64,000 bases of DNA from a virus. Its lineage: Duplodnaviria > Caudoviricetes. How positions within the stretch are numbered: position 1 is the stretch's first letter; each line of letters starts with the position of its first letter. The notes under the pieces were generated by a model, which had not been told where the DNA came from, searched no databases, and saw nothing but the letters and a program-made list of their open reading frames with translations. This document shows positions 55,101 to 64,000 of this stretch, in pieces. The stretch is taken from the IMG/VR virus record IMGVR_UViG_3300032309_000245, positions 641 to 64,640 of that record. The stretch is one strand, 5' to 3'. Both the position numbers and the translations under genes were made by a program.

Positions 55101-58100
55101 ATCACTCTGGTCTACAGCAAGATTTGGCGTTTACAAAACTTGCTTCAAATATGGCCGCTGAAAAATACGGCAAAGACTCTAAAGAAGCCAAAAAAGTTGA
55201 GGCTGAAGTAAAGGCGCGACAAGAGCGCATTGCTGAAGAAGGTAAAAAGCAACAAAAGAAATTTCAAGAACAACGTGAAAAAATGCCGCCGCCTATTCCT
55301 CGGGTCAAAGACCATGAGAATGCTCGGGCGCAAAGGGCGTTGACTCAGCGTGCGCTCAAGGCTATCAAAGAAGGGAAGATCCAAGATCTCCTAGATGCCT
55401 TGCGTGATAAGGTAGTAAAGAACGAAACCCGCGACGGCAAACTGAACGCGGCGCTTGCCAACATATTGCATGGGCTAAATCTCAAAACCAAGATCCGAAT
55501 GGTTGAGAGTTTGACCGGCAATAACGGTGCTCGTGCCGATGGCATGTACGATCCTGTAAAGGATGAGATTCTTATTGCTAGGTACGCGTTCTTTGAAGAC
55601 ACGGTGCTGCACGAAATCGTACACGCGGCGACCGTACAAGTCCTCAACAAGTTCAACAAGGGCGGTGCGGAAAGGGCTTCTTTGACGGAAGAACAACGGC
55701 AAGCTGTCCAGCAGTTGTACGACATCATGTACGAAACCAAGGACGTTCTTGGTGAAAAATTCCCTAATGCGTACGCAAACGTGTTTGAGTTTGTGTCTTA
55801 CGGGATGACGGATCAGTCATTCAAGACTGCTCTTCAAAGTATTAAATCTCAGGGTGTTGCTGAAACAATCAACGCCGTTGCCGAAGCACAAAAGCTAGTT
55901 AGCGCAGCGCCACATAAAGTTTGGCGAGCAGCCAGAATTATCGATACCCTAATTCCAGTTAAAAACAAATGGTCTGAGTTTGTAAAAGCCGTTGCCAAAG
56001 CTGTAGGGTATACCGGCAAAGCTGCGCCGCCTCCGTTTTTGAAAGTCCTTGGTAAACAGTACCAACGGATGGAAGGTGGTGTGTACGGCGAAGAAGAGCG
56101 GATGAGTCTGCCTACTTCCGTGCAGCCTATCTTTGAAATCAACTATGTGATGGAGATTGCCAACGCGTTTGAAAGGATCATGTCGGTCCCAACCGGTGGC
56201 ATCGAGTTGCAAGAGCAACTTCTTGCCCAACCACAACAGATCCAACAAACGCCACCACGTGCCGGACCACAGCCAAAGCAAGCGCCCCCACTGCGTACTA
56301 TTGATCTTGATGATGACGCTGATTCAAACTACACGCGGTTTAGAGGAGAAAAAGTTCCGTTAACCACGGCGCTTAAAAATGCGTTTACTACCAAACAAGG
56401 GTTCGTAGCGCTAGCCACTAAGTTCGCAAACAACCGATATGCGGTCAAGGCGTGGGAGACTGCACGCGAGCGCGCCAAGTTAATTAATTTTAGCGGCCCA
56501 AATATCAACGCCATCTACACGTTGCTGACACTTGCGCCAGCGCGAGGTAGGTCTATATTTAATGAAGAGATTGCTCCAATCGCTGACGAACTTCGTGGCT
56601 CAATAGAAGAATACGCAAAAGCCATGAATACTGATGTGGACAAGGTGCTTGCCCGCTTGCACAAAATCATGGAGGTTCTGCACAACCCGGAACGTAGCAT
56701 GGTGAAGTTCTTGTTGTCGGCTCCGCTTGCTAATGATGCTAACAACAAACCTTTCATAGTTAACGGCCAGCCAGATACGGCGGCTGGTGTACGTACAGCC
56801 ATACTTAATCAGCTTAATAGAAGCCAGAGCATGACGCAGGCGCAGGCTCTTCAACTGCGGTCTACGTTAGAAAGCATCGTATTCCAGACCCAAGTGAATC
56901 CGTCTGGTCAAGTTGAGATCATGCGCGATGCGAACGGCAATCCGCTCGTTAATACAAACAACGTGGTGGCTACTGGAGAAAGCCCAGACGGTATGAAGGA
57001 GATTGATCCTTCCCATCAGACGTACAACATGACGAATCTTGATCCTGCAAGTATCAGTAGAGTCACTAGCCAATATCTCAACGACCCGCACAAGGCGTTG
57101 GTAGACAAGATCGTTGGCGATATGCGACGGCTCAATGAAAAGACTATTGAGCTAGACAAGCAGTCCAACTATTGGTCAAAGCCCGTCGATAATCGGAAGA
57201 ACTTCTACAACTTCCAAAACTACATCTCGTTCAAAGGTAAAGACTCCCATACTGAAACTGATCAGATGTTAGATTTTGAAACCATGAAAACGGGTGGCAA
57301 AGAATACCAAGAGATCGAAAGACCAATGTCTGGCCGAACAACCGCTGGTGACAATCCGGTGCTTCATGCTATGGCATATGCCACACAAGCTGCGCTACGT
57401 GCTGGCCGTAAAGATGTGACGCTTGCAATTAAGAACGCGATTGAACAGAAACTAATTAATGGAAAAGTTGGCGCTAAAGTGCCGTTTGAAGATCGAGACA
57501 AAAAGGATTTTATTGACAGTCTTAACCGCGAACGCACCGTCTTCCATTTTAATGACGATGGTAGTCTTCAGGTTCTTGAGATCTCTGACCCAACACTACG
57601 TGAGTCGATTCGCCGTACGTTCGAGTCTTCAAACACTCTTGTTACCGCAGCTAACTGGCTGACCAGCAAAGTGGGCGCGATGCACACTCGGTATAACTTT
57701 AACTTTGCGCCGATGAACTTCACGCGCGATGCGTTGACTAACGCGGGTGCGATTGGTGCGGACATGGGTCCGAAGAAAGCTGCTGAATATTTAGGCGCAA
57801 TGTCTGCCCTTGTAGCCAACGGTGGCTTGATGAAGGCGATGAAGGTCGCCATTCTGTACGACAAGACAGATGCTACAAGCCAACAAACTCTTAGAGGTCT
57901 GGCTAACTCTGACCCGTTCATTGCAAACATGGTTGAGTTCATCAAAGAGGGCGGCATGGTGTCGTACCTTCACGGGCTGACCATCAAGTCAAACTTTGAG
58001 CAACTCTACAAAGAGATCGGTCGGTCAGGGATCATCAAGAAAAAAGAACAGCTAGAGAAGTTCATCGATGTTTGGACGGACATGTTTGAATTGGCAAGCC

Positions 58101-59488
58101 GCTCTGCTGCATACAGTGTGGCTAAAGCTGACGCAACCGCTAATGGATATACTGGTGATGCAGCAAAAACAAAGGCTGCGGCGTACGCCAAAAACTTAGC
58201 CAACTTTGAGCAGGTCGGTGATTGGGGTAAAGCCCTAGGCTCCCTGTACATGTTCTTCCGCCCCTCTGCTACAGGTGCGTTGCGGGCCATCGAAGCAATT
58301 GCCCCGGCCTTCCGTACGGCAGATCGCGCTTTGTTGAGCCTAGAAGCAGAATTACCTAAAGATTACTTTACGCAAAACCCTAACGCCAAAGCTGAGTTTT
58401 TGGCTAACTACAATAAAAACCGTAAGAACGCTCAGATAATGACCGCTGGCTTGATGGGCCTTGGCGCGCTGGCATATACGATGGCGTTTATGTTCTCTGA
58501 CGATGACGATGACTTGGGGCGCAATCCGGTCGGTACGGACAATATGCAGCAGTGGACTCGCTACGCGCGGTTCCATGTCCCCAAAGTTCTCAGCGAAGAG
58601 ATTGGGCTGAAGAACCCACTGATACTCCAGATGCCGTGGGGCTTTGGGCTTGGAGCGTTCGCTGCGTCGGGCGCACAGTTGGCGGCAGCGGTTGGTGGTA
58701 AACAATCTTTTGGTGACGCACTAGCCAACATCTTCCTTCAGATCTCGTTGGACTCGTTTGTGCCGATTCCAATCTCGCGTATGCCAGCTACGGATATGCC
58801 GGGGGCGTTTGCTCTGGATTCGATTGCGCCTAGCGTACTACGCCCAGTGTTTGAGTTCGTCATCAATAAAAATGGTCTTGGACAAGAAATCTACAACGAC
58901 CAGAACCGCCGCATGGGCGACGCCTACACGGGTGGCGATCACATCCCAGAGATCTACAAGTCTGCTGCGCGATGGATGGCGAACAATACTGTTGGCGACA
59001 TCGACATCAGTCCCAACACCTTGTACTTCTTGGCTAATAGCTACTTAGATGGCGTTTCTAAATTCTTTGAAGTTGGTAACGACGCCTCGCTTCTGCTTAG
59101 TGGCAGCAAAGACTTCAAACCAAAAACCGATTTGCCGCTGTTCAGTTCGTTCTTTGGGTCACGCTCAAACGTAGACTCCCGCGAGTTCTCTGCGGTTGAA
59201 AAGAAGATTGAAGACATCGAAAAAAATATTAAGCAGTTTGATACAGATCCGTTGATGGCTGCAAAATACGATATCAAGCATCCGATGCACCGTGCTCTGG
59301 TAGACATGTACAACCATGACAAAAACCAAGAGTTACGGGACTTACGGCAGCAAGCTAAACAGATTCGGCTTAACACCGCGTTTGATCCAAAAGACCGTGA
59401 TGCGATGATCAAGATTGTTAACCTGCAACAAAACTTGGTTAAGTACAGGTTGGTTCAGATCTACAAAGCCTACGGTGTAGAACCCTAA
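52181..59488 (+). CDS. Giant internal virion/ejection protein (large polyvalent protein; zincin-like HExxH and LPD38-like C-terminus)
   Basis: 2435 aa; GMYDP...LHEIVHAAT; C-terminal NFTRD...LYMFF...MPWGFG...NKNGLG.EI region. Confidence 0.75.
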   Translation: MPTYDVDVGGSTYEVDAPDENTAWKWARSTHLQQNKAPKPIATTPAPTPVPEQQGPRVLPPEDTSSDLFRGFTNYGPQLQETFGGFQVLTGRLAQKVGAEETGTGLIKRGVENLQKAEAKTVSKKTDEFTEALKEGIIPLITDWLPYQIGSGAANLAETLGVMAVGAGVGAATGAGVGALPGAISGAVAKNLVKKGIIEEAKKLSKDKAEEYILKEAKKELITMGSVAGMGGQAVLHGAGETTSRAVQEAQRNNQTPEDINLGRLVPAAIVHSVADFFVNKIGVDALKVGEKASNSLIAEVAKRIAVTGGKEILPEEIQSVAERFGANLSVADAEALKEYVNTAAASFGMAVVPGGVGGARNYFSNQFAKAAKEQAEREAADKLKQQQTQQTAPPPAAPTTPADAAAQAELDSLLNLQNAPPPPPPGAATTAPGTPPPPPPGTPAGEAGTTPPAETKPKLQNAPIPSKVDIEADPIATATKYLEDLASTGGRANALPLKQFTKLFGLTVQSGEGFNQRALDAIKQHLAQQGAPNAPTGTVETPTGTSAGVAGVPDTGTATEVATTPDTNGVGGTEPSTTSTDVGEGTESTSVGPYAHLSEDQREELFNARMGYYNDVASGEVSQKALDRRRARLNELETQFDVLLTEASAGLPSISGGTDLGGTNFVWHEIPDDQNIAAEAAKTPSYSIFKPLAGWTQDFARQVRMAFARRVEEKETASAEEERKSNLILSNKLTLGPYFSKGKNAKETLASAKTKYEEARDIVNSLAEESNEDRTLLVEARQAAKAQLPVARKEHDAFMDKYDEQAEPIEAEIAKAVREKNNDRVNLLGKQLAALQQAKEAADQALREAQNAYREAAVAVEKHDEEHGGQVLMLPEWNDKGDFAAHLKDVYYSNVRDIGSIQENLRAARILQQHLRTLSSEYGNTEGRAEEMRVANNYNENRDTASRAFGVYFPKWADLSEKARELYSDYIVNHSGLQQDLAFTKLASNMAAEKYGKDSKEAKKVEAEVKARQERIAEEGKKQQKKFQEQREKMPPPIPRVKDHENARAQRALTQRALKAIKEGKIQDLLDALRDKVVKNETRDGKLNAALANILHGLNLKTKIRMVESLTGNNGARADGMYDPVKDEILIARYAFFEDTVLHEIVHAATVQVLNKFNKGGAERASLTEEQRQAVQQLYDIMYETKDVLGEKFPNAYANVFEFVSYGMTDQSFKTALQSIKSQGVAETINAVAEAQKLVSAAPHKVWRAARIIDTLIPVKNKWSEFVKAVAKAVGYTGKAAPPPFLKVLGKQYQRMEGGVYGEEERMSLPTSVQPIFEINYVMEIANAFERIMSVPTGGIELQEQLLAQPQQIQQTPPRAGPQPKQAPPLRTIDLDDDADSNYTRFRGEKVPLTTALKNAFTTKQGFVALATKFANNRYAVKAWETARERAKLINFSGPNINAIYTLLTLAPARGRSIFNEEIAPIADELRGSIEEYAKAMNTDVDKVLARLHKIMEVLHNPERSMVKFLLSAPLANDANNKPFIVNGQPDTAAGVRTAILNQLNRSQSMTQAQALQLRSTLESIVFQTQVNPSGQVEIMRDANGNPLVNTNNVVATGESPDGMKEIDPSHQTYNMTNLDPASISRVTSQYLNDPHKALVDKIVGDMRRLNEKTIELDKQSNYWSKPVDNRKNFYNFQNYISFKGKDSHTETDQMLDFETMKTGGKEYQEIERPMSGRTTAGDNPVLHAMAYATQAALRAGRKDVTLAIKNAIEQKLINGKVGAKVPFEDRDKKDFIDSLNRERTVFHFNDDGSLQVLEISDPTLRESIRRTFESSNTLVTAANWLTSKVGAMHTRYNFNFAPMNFTRDALTNAGAIGADMGPKKAAEYLGAMSALVANGGLMKAMKVAILYDKTDATSQQTLRGLANSDPFIANMVEFIKEGGMVSYLHGLTIKSNFEQLYKEIGRSGIIKKKEQLEKFIDVWTDMFELASRSAAYSVAKADATANGYTGDAAKTKAAAYAKNLANFEQVGDWGKALGSLYMFFRPSATGALRAIEAIAPAFRTADRALLSLEAELPKDYFTQNPNAKAEFLANYNKNRKNAQIMTAGLMGLGALAYTMAFMFSDDDDDLGRNPVGTDNMQQWTRYARFHVPKVLSEEIGLKNPLILQMPWGFGLGAFAASGAQLAAAVGGKQSFGDALANIFLQISLDSFVPIPISRMPATDMPGAFALDSIAPSVLRPVFEFVINKNGLGQEIYNDQNRRMGDAYTGGDHIPEIYKSAARWMANNTVGDIDISPNTLYFLANSYLDGVSKFFEVGNDASLLLSGSKDFKPKTDLPLFSSFFGSRSNVDSREFSAVEKKIEDIEKNIKQFDTDPLMAAKYDIKHPMHRALVDMYNHDKNQELRDLRQQAKQIRLNTAFDPKDRDAMIKIVNLQQNLVKYRLVQIYKAYGVEP

Positions 59489-59691
59489 TTTGTGCGCCAA
59501 GCACGGACACCCATGTGTCCGTCTTTGCTTGATGGGTAGACCTTAAACCGCATCCCTTCCCTTTTGGCTGCGGTTTCTATGGCGTATATCATTTGCGATG
59601 CGCGCAAGGTGGGGATAAAGAAACTATCCCCAACCCTCATTCCAATGAACGGGAAAACCCACTCAGGCTCCTTGATTAGATCCGGCGTCAA
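59485..59691 (-). CDS. Small hypothetical protein, possibly DNA-binding
   Basis: FPFIGMRVGDSFFIP...GVRAWR motif. Confidence 0.75.
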   Translation of the reverse strand: MTPDLIKEPEWVFPFIGMRVGDSFFIPTLRASQMIYAIETAAKREGMRFKVYPSSKDGHMGVRAWRTN

Positions 59692-62497
59692 ACCATTCCT
59701 CCGGGATCTGGGTCTTGAACCAATACAGGTGAGTCGGATCTACGCTGATTGAAGTTTTCCAACCCGTAGTCAGGCGACCCTTTTTGTCGTCAACCAAAAT
59801 GTTCTGCGCCTTCATCTCAAACTCAAACTCGCGTGAGCTAATCTGCCGCTCGTTGAGGTACTTCTTGAAGTCAGTTTTGGAGACCTGCAAGAGACTCTGC
59901 TCGCTGACTATGCGCCCAACAATAGAGCCTCGTGGCTCCATCGTCACCTTGCCATCCTTAATGACTAGGATGTTGCCCATGTTCTTGTTGACGTAATCAC
60001 CGATCACAGACGGGTAGTCAGTGCGGTTGATCTTGACCACGTTGTCACGAATCTCAATCATCGAACGGATGACCTCGTGGTAGATACGGTCGAGGTCTAG
60101 TTTAAAAATGTTTGCATTGTTGCCAACCGTACCCGCCGTGAAGACCGCCGCCACAAGGTTCTGGTAAAAACGGTACGTCGAGCTATCGCCAAAGTCTTTG
60201 AGGAACCGAGTGTTCCACTTGCTGATCTCTTCGATGATCCACGCATCACCTAACTTAAAAAGTTCTTTGATGAAAAGTGGTCCTGCAAACCCGTAGTTGT
60301 ATGTGAAGGTATCAAAGATCTTTGCCCCCAAAGCAGCACCGCCCTCTTCTTCAAGTACGTCAGGTTTGTGAACTAGGAACTCAATCAATCGAGCCGCCTC
60401 TCCGTCAGGGTTTGCTTTGAACTGCTCAAACTTGCTGTAGATCGACTGGTTTGTGGTAAAGATAGCAATCAGCGATGCTGACATCTCGTGCTCACGCTCA
60501 GCGTTAACCGAACTCTGCATCCTGATCTTCGCCTTGCCGTGGGATATCTTATGCACCAACTGCGACGTTGGTTTGGCTTCGCGGTTCGACACCTCGTCCA
60601 ATCCGAACGGCAGGTTCTTCAGCCCAAGGTAGCGCCCTGTCAATCCATTCTCTGTGGCGTCAAACACAGACAACTCTTTAGGGTTCCCAAACGCGCTCAA
60701 AGCTGCGTACAAAGCACCGGTCTTGCCACACCCCGACTTCCCTAAAAGGGACATTACGACGCCGGAAGTTGACGTATAGGGCATCAAAACCGTACCAAAA
60801 CCAGCCATACCAGCGAACGCATGTAGTTCAAATTGTGGTCGATTTAGCTCGTCAAACGAACTGCGCCACCTCTCGTACGTACCTTGTGGTTTGAGATATT
60901 TAGCGATGCCTTTAACGAAAGGGGAGGAGGGCGCGTCCAAAGTTTCTCCGTTGTAGTTAATCTCCTTGTTGCCGATGACGAAGCTGCGCGTTGCCCAGTT
61001 TTCGCCTGTGATTTCCTCTGTCCATCCCATCTGCATACGCATGGTTTCAGCGGTGGTATTTGTCTGCATGTATTGGCCCCACTTCACAACGTAGTCCATT
61101 AAAAGTTTAGTGTTGAGCGTTGAGGCAAGTACACCGTTGTACGCCATCATTGCTTTGAAAGTTTCCTGCGCATACACGTGCTTCAAGGGGAGAAGAAACT
61201 CCCGCATCGAGTCTCGTGGCAGCACCAGCCGCATGAGTAAACACTCGCCATCGTGAGGACTCATCATCCTCCTGACCGGGAAGAACTCATGTGGCAAGAC
61301 TAGGATTGGATCGTTTTGATGCTTAATGCCTTTTTTGTCTATGGTGGGTGCTGGTAAAAAGTAAATCCCTCCGTTATGGCCCCGAACAAACGGCATCAGG
61401 AATTCGGGGAAGTCTGGAATAGTTTTGGTATCCGGTTGCGTCCAAACTGATTCCGTCTGATCGGACGGTGGGGCAACTTTGAGTTCTCGTCCAAGGAGAA
61501 TGGGACTTGCAATCTTCCCCCTGTGCTGACATCCATCACATCCGGCAGGGTATTGGCTGATAAACCATTCGCACTTTCGAGGGGCAGGAATAGGTTGAGC
61601 TTTTTGTTCTGTTTTAGCATGGTCATATTCCGGGTGGTCTTCTGACATCAAGTGGATAGCAGTCGCACCGTCCTCACAAAACTTGGCTATCGACAGTCCG
61701 GCAAACCATAAAGGCTCCTCTATGGTCGCGGCGTTCACCAGAATATTTTTTATCTGATTACAACCGTTACCCTCAATACTTTCTGCCGCTATTTTGCTGA
61801 AATTTTTGGTGAAGTTGTCCAGCTTCAGCATCTGAAGAGTGTCTTCATCCAACCCCTTCGACGCTACTTCAAGGACGGACGCTTCGGTCTTTAACGGTTC
61901 TTCACCAAAAAACTCTTTGAACTCCTGCCAGTCGTAGAGCGGAAACTCTTCGCTAACAAATGCCGTAGGAAGCGGGGGATTGAATTTATGGTTAAAAGTT
62001 TCTGGCGCTCTCATGATCCGTGAGGCGTCTGCCGTAACCACGGGGTCAATACTGATGTGCTCCATGCAGAGGGCTTTGAATCTCTCTGCAAATACTTTCC
62101 ATTCATCAACCGGAATGTCCCGATCCATCAGCCAGTAAGCGTGTAGCCCACCACCTGAATCAACAACAATTGGATCGGGTAAACCCGTAGCGCCTATCAG
62201 CTTAAATATTGCTACGTGAGCGTCGCCTTTCTCACCGTACGCCTTGTTGTCGCCTACATCAAGATCAATAAAGAATGACTTAACGTATAAGCAATCAGCG
62301 GATTTCCTGCTGTAGCCATCAAAGGAGCCTAGGGCTACGAATACATTGAGATCTTTGCTCTTAAACTTTTCAATTTCTTCCAAAACACCGTCGAGTGTCT
62401 CTGCGTACCGGTTCTTGATGTTGCCGTGTAAATCAATCCCGCTAACACAATAGACACCCTGCGTGGGCAATGCTTTCTCGTAAAATTGTTTTAACAT
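59663..62497 (-). CDS. Primase-helicase (RepB-like AEP primase + Cys cluster + DUF927 + P-loop)
   Basis: FFIDLD, SGGGLHAYW, DASRIMRAP, C...CDGCQH, QMGW, Walker A GKSGCGKT, Walker B LDE. Confidence 0.88.
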   Translation of the reverse strand: MLKQFYEKALPTQGVYCVSGIDLHGNIKNRYAETLDGVLEEIEKFKSKDLNVFVALGSFDGYSRKSADCLYVKSFFIDLDVGDNKAYGEKGDAHVAIFKLIGATGLPDPIVVDSGGGLHAYWLMDRDIPVDEWKVFAERFKALCMEHISIDPVVTADASRIMRAPETFNHKFNPPLPTAFVSEEFPLYDWQEFKEFFGEEPLKTEASVLEVASKGLDEDTLQMLKLDNFTKNFSKIAAESIEGNGCNQIKNILVNAATIEEPLWFAGLSIAKFCEDGATAIHLMSEDHPEYDHAKTEQKAQPIPAPRKCEWFISQYPAGCDGCQHRGKIASPILLGRELKVAPPSDQTESVWTQPDTKTIPDFPEFLMPFVRGHNGGIYFLPAPTIDKKGIKHQNDPILVLPHEFFPVRRMMSPHDGECLLMRLVLPRDSMREFLLPLKHVYAQETFKAMMAYNGVLASTLNTKLLMDYVVKWGQYMQTNTTAETMRMQMGWTEEITGENWATRSFVIGNKEINYNGETLDAPSSPFVKGIAKYLKPQGTYERWRSSFDELNRPQFELHAFAGMAGFGTVLMPYTSTSGVVMSLLGKSGCGKTGALYAALSAFGNPKELSVFDATENGLTGRYLGLKNLPFGLDEVSNREAKPTSQLVHKISHGKAKIRMQSSVNAEREHEMSASLIAIFTTNQSIYSKFEQFKANPDGEAARLIEFLVHKPDVLEEEGGAALGAKIFDTFTYNYGFAGPLFIKELFKLGDAWIIEEISKWNTRFLKDFGDSSTYRFYQNLVAAVFTAGTVGNNANIFKLDLDRIYHEVIRSMIEIRDNVVKINRTDYPSVIGDYVNKNMGNILVIKDGKVTMEPRGSIVGRIVSEQSLLQVSKTDFKKYLNERQISSREFEFEMKAQNILVDDKKGRLTTGWKTSISVDPTHLYWFKTQIPEEWFDAGSNQGA

Positions 62498-62510
62498 GTC
62501 TCGCAGAGTT

Positions 62511-62536
62511 GAAAAAAGCGAGGTCGCCCTCGCTTT
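62511..62536 (-). terminator. Terminator-like hairpin upstream of the primase gene
   Basis: Minus strand AAAGCGAGG-GCGA-CCTCGCTTT followed by more T residues; a second hairpin lies at about 62546-62562. Confidence 0.6.
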
Positions 62537-62565
62537 GTTAGTACAACGGGGGTTGCCCCCCGTAA

Positions 62566-62889
62566 CTATTTTCTTCCGTTAAGTTCTCTCCCTACTACTC
62601 TTTCGAGGTAAAGTTTTGCTTCTGAAACGCTCCTTGCAGGGAGTATTTCTTTAGCCGTGTCGCTTTCAATGATGTCCGTCAAAGTCTCAACCTTCAAGAT
62701 GTTTTTCTCTCGAATTTGATTTCCGTGGAACCAATTGAAAATCGTCATCCGACTTACGTCAAGAGCATCAGCCACGTACTTGGCTGGCAGGTTAGCCTTG
62801 ACGCAAGCCAGAGCCAAAGCAACCCCCGGTTTATGGGGGTTGTCCTTGAACAGCTTAATCAAAAAGGGTTCGCTGTACGTTCTAGACAT
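62566..62889 (-). CDS. Cro/XRE-like helix-turn-helix protein
   Basis: AKYVADALDVSRMTIFNWFHG. Confidence 0.8.
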   Translation of the reverse strand: MSRTYSEPFLIKLFKDNPHKPGVALALACVKANLPAKYVADALDVSRMTIFNWFHGNQIREKNILKVETLTDIIESDTAKEILPARSVSEAKLYLERVVGRELNGRK

Positions 62890-63713
62890 TACTTCTTAGA
62901 CCACTTTTTCACCACATCCGAGATATCCTTCTCAGGAACTTCAGCGGGTTTGGCAACCGGACGCTTCTGCGGCTCAGGCTCACCCTCGCCCTCGTCGGTC
63001 TGGAACACGTTCATTTTAATCGCAGCTTCAGCCGCCGCGCTCTTCGCCTGACGCGCAATAGTCTCCAACTCAACTTCAGGCACTGCACCGGCTGGCGAGA
63101 ACAACACCTTCGGCGTTGGCGATTTAGTGTCAAACGCCATCTTGGTCACAATGCGCCCCGCCGATACGTTGTGCGACGCCAAGTGTTGTACGTACGGACG
63201 GAACGGGAACCTACCGTTATCTTCTTTCCCGAAGGTAGAAGTTGCTGGCAAGACAAGTTGCATCACATCCCCGGATGGATCGTTAGGCAACACCACTGCC
63301 GTGCGCCACGACAAGCGGCAAGCACTACCCAAACCGCCTTGGCCTGAACCCTTGACCGACATCTCGCACTCACTGCACTTCGATGCCATTGGGGTCTTGA
63401 CCTCTGGGTCAGGGGTGTTGGAGTCGCTGGCCCAACATGTAGGGCTGATCTTCTGGCCTTCCTGATACCCCGACTGGTAGTACATACGGGACGCTTGGTG
63501 AGCCATCTTCACGAAGATCACATTCATATGCCGATCTTCAATCGCACCGATCTCTTTGCCGCCAGCCATTAGACGGAACACACCACCCTTGATAGAGATG
63601 CGTTTACTACGCGAAGCACCGCCGCCGCCCGATACGGCAAGGGTATCTTCATCCAGACCGGTCTGGACAAGTGCGGGGTTACTAGCGAGAAGAGTTACTA
63701 AATCGTTTGCCAT
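62889..63713 (-). CDS. Putative ssDNA-binding / recombination protein
   Basis: RISIKGGVF...PTCWASD...C..C...ACR...; acidic C-terminal tail ending near a Trp; replication module context. Confidence 0.6.
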   Translation of the reverse strand: MANDLVTLLASNPALVQTGLDEDTLAVSGGGGASRSKRISIKGGVFRLMAGGKEIGAIEDRHMNVIFVKMAHQASRMYYQSGYQEGQKISPTCWASDSNTPDPEVKTPMASKCSECEMSVKGSGQGGLGSACRLSWRTAVVLPNDPSGDVMQLVLPATSTFGKEDNGRFPFRPYVQHLASHNVSAGRIVTKMAFDTKSPTPKVLFSPAGAVPEVELETIARQAKSAAAEAAIKMNVFQTDEGEGEPEPQKRPVAKPAEVPEKDISDVVKKWSKK

Positions 63714-63733
63714 GATAATCCTAACTGTGTTGA

Positions 63734-64000
63734 CTAATTGGAGGGTTTACGAACAACGATGCCGAATTCCCTCATTACATTCACTCCGGGTGGTAAGCCA
63801 TCACGCTCGTGCTCGGACATGAATTGCTTGAAGTTGCCCTGATGGATGCGGCGTTCCAACAGATCAACCGCGTCGTTATCCATGACGAACTTCTTGAAGT
63901 TATCCCAATCGTTCGTCGTGTAACGCTCATTAAGTTTCCTGATCACTGTGCCGCTGCCAGTACGGATGCTGCTTGCGTTGGTGTCGTTGCAGATGACCAG
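63734..64000 (-). CDS. Conserved replication-module protein, 5' part outside the window
   Basis: Frame is open to the window edge: LVICNDTNASSIRTGSGTVIRK...DWDNF...LLERRI...PPGV. Confidence 0.7.
   Translation of the reverse strand: MVICNDTNASSIRTGSGTVIRKLNERYTTNDWDNFKKFVMDNDAVDLLERRIHQGNFKQFMSEHERDGLPPGVNVMREFGIVVRKPSN

Larger units (their letters stand above)
1..64000. mobile_element. Tailed dsDNA bacteriophage genome (podovirus-like), nearly complete
   Basis: Terminase, portal, capsid, tail, lysis and replication genes lie in two divergent arms. No host housekeeping genes were seen. Confidence 0.96.

Noticed and set aside
1-64000. Alternative genetic code, tRNA genes, introns or inteins
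   Set aside because: Core genes are full-length under the standard code, polymerase and terminase have normal sizes, and I recognised no tRNA cloverleaf by eye. tRNAscan was not run.

Overview
The window is almost certainly a nearly complete, circularly permuted genome of a tailed dsDNA phage, probably podovirus-like. It has P22/T7-type tail and ejection proteins, and I saw no tape measure, sheath, RNA polymerase, integrase or tRNA. The minus-strand arm (59485-64000, continuing at 1-16045) carries replication and early genes: primase-helicase, putative SSB, SNF2-like helicase, Cas4-like nuclease, family A DNA polymerase (Leu762 type), VRR-NUC, a MoxR-like AAA/vWA-metallopeptidase module and many small ORFs. 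A non-coding block at about 13.1-13.7 kb has iterons and looks like the replication origin. It is followed by an array of promoter-gene-terminator cassettes separated by a conserved spacer motif (13.7-16.05 kb). The plus-strand arm (16363-59488) encodes terminase, portal, GroES, scaffold, capsid, twin beta-propeller repeat proteins, a set of small basic 'KGG' proteins, tail and fibre proteins, lysis genes and three large ejection proteins. The most interesting unexplained signals are: (1) a shared [FYMLA]-x-x-G-G motif across many virion proteins, alongside a GEFV domain and a GNAT; (2) a candidate double-pseudoknot leader RNA after the capsid gene that can sequester a ribosome-binding site; (3) the early cassette array; (4) clustered parS-like CCACGTGG palindromes. 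All family assignments come from motif recognition by eye; no searches were run.
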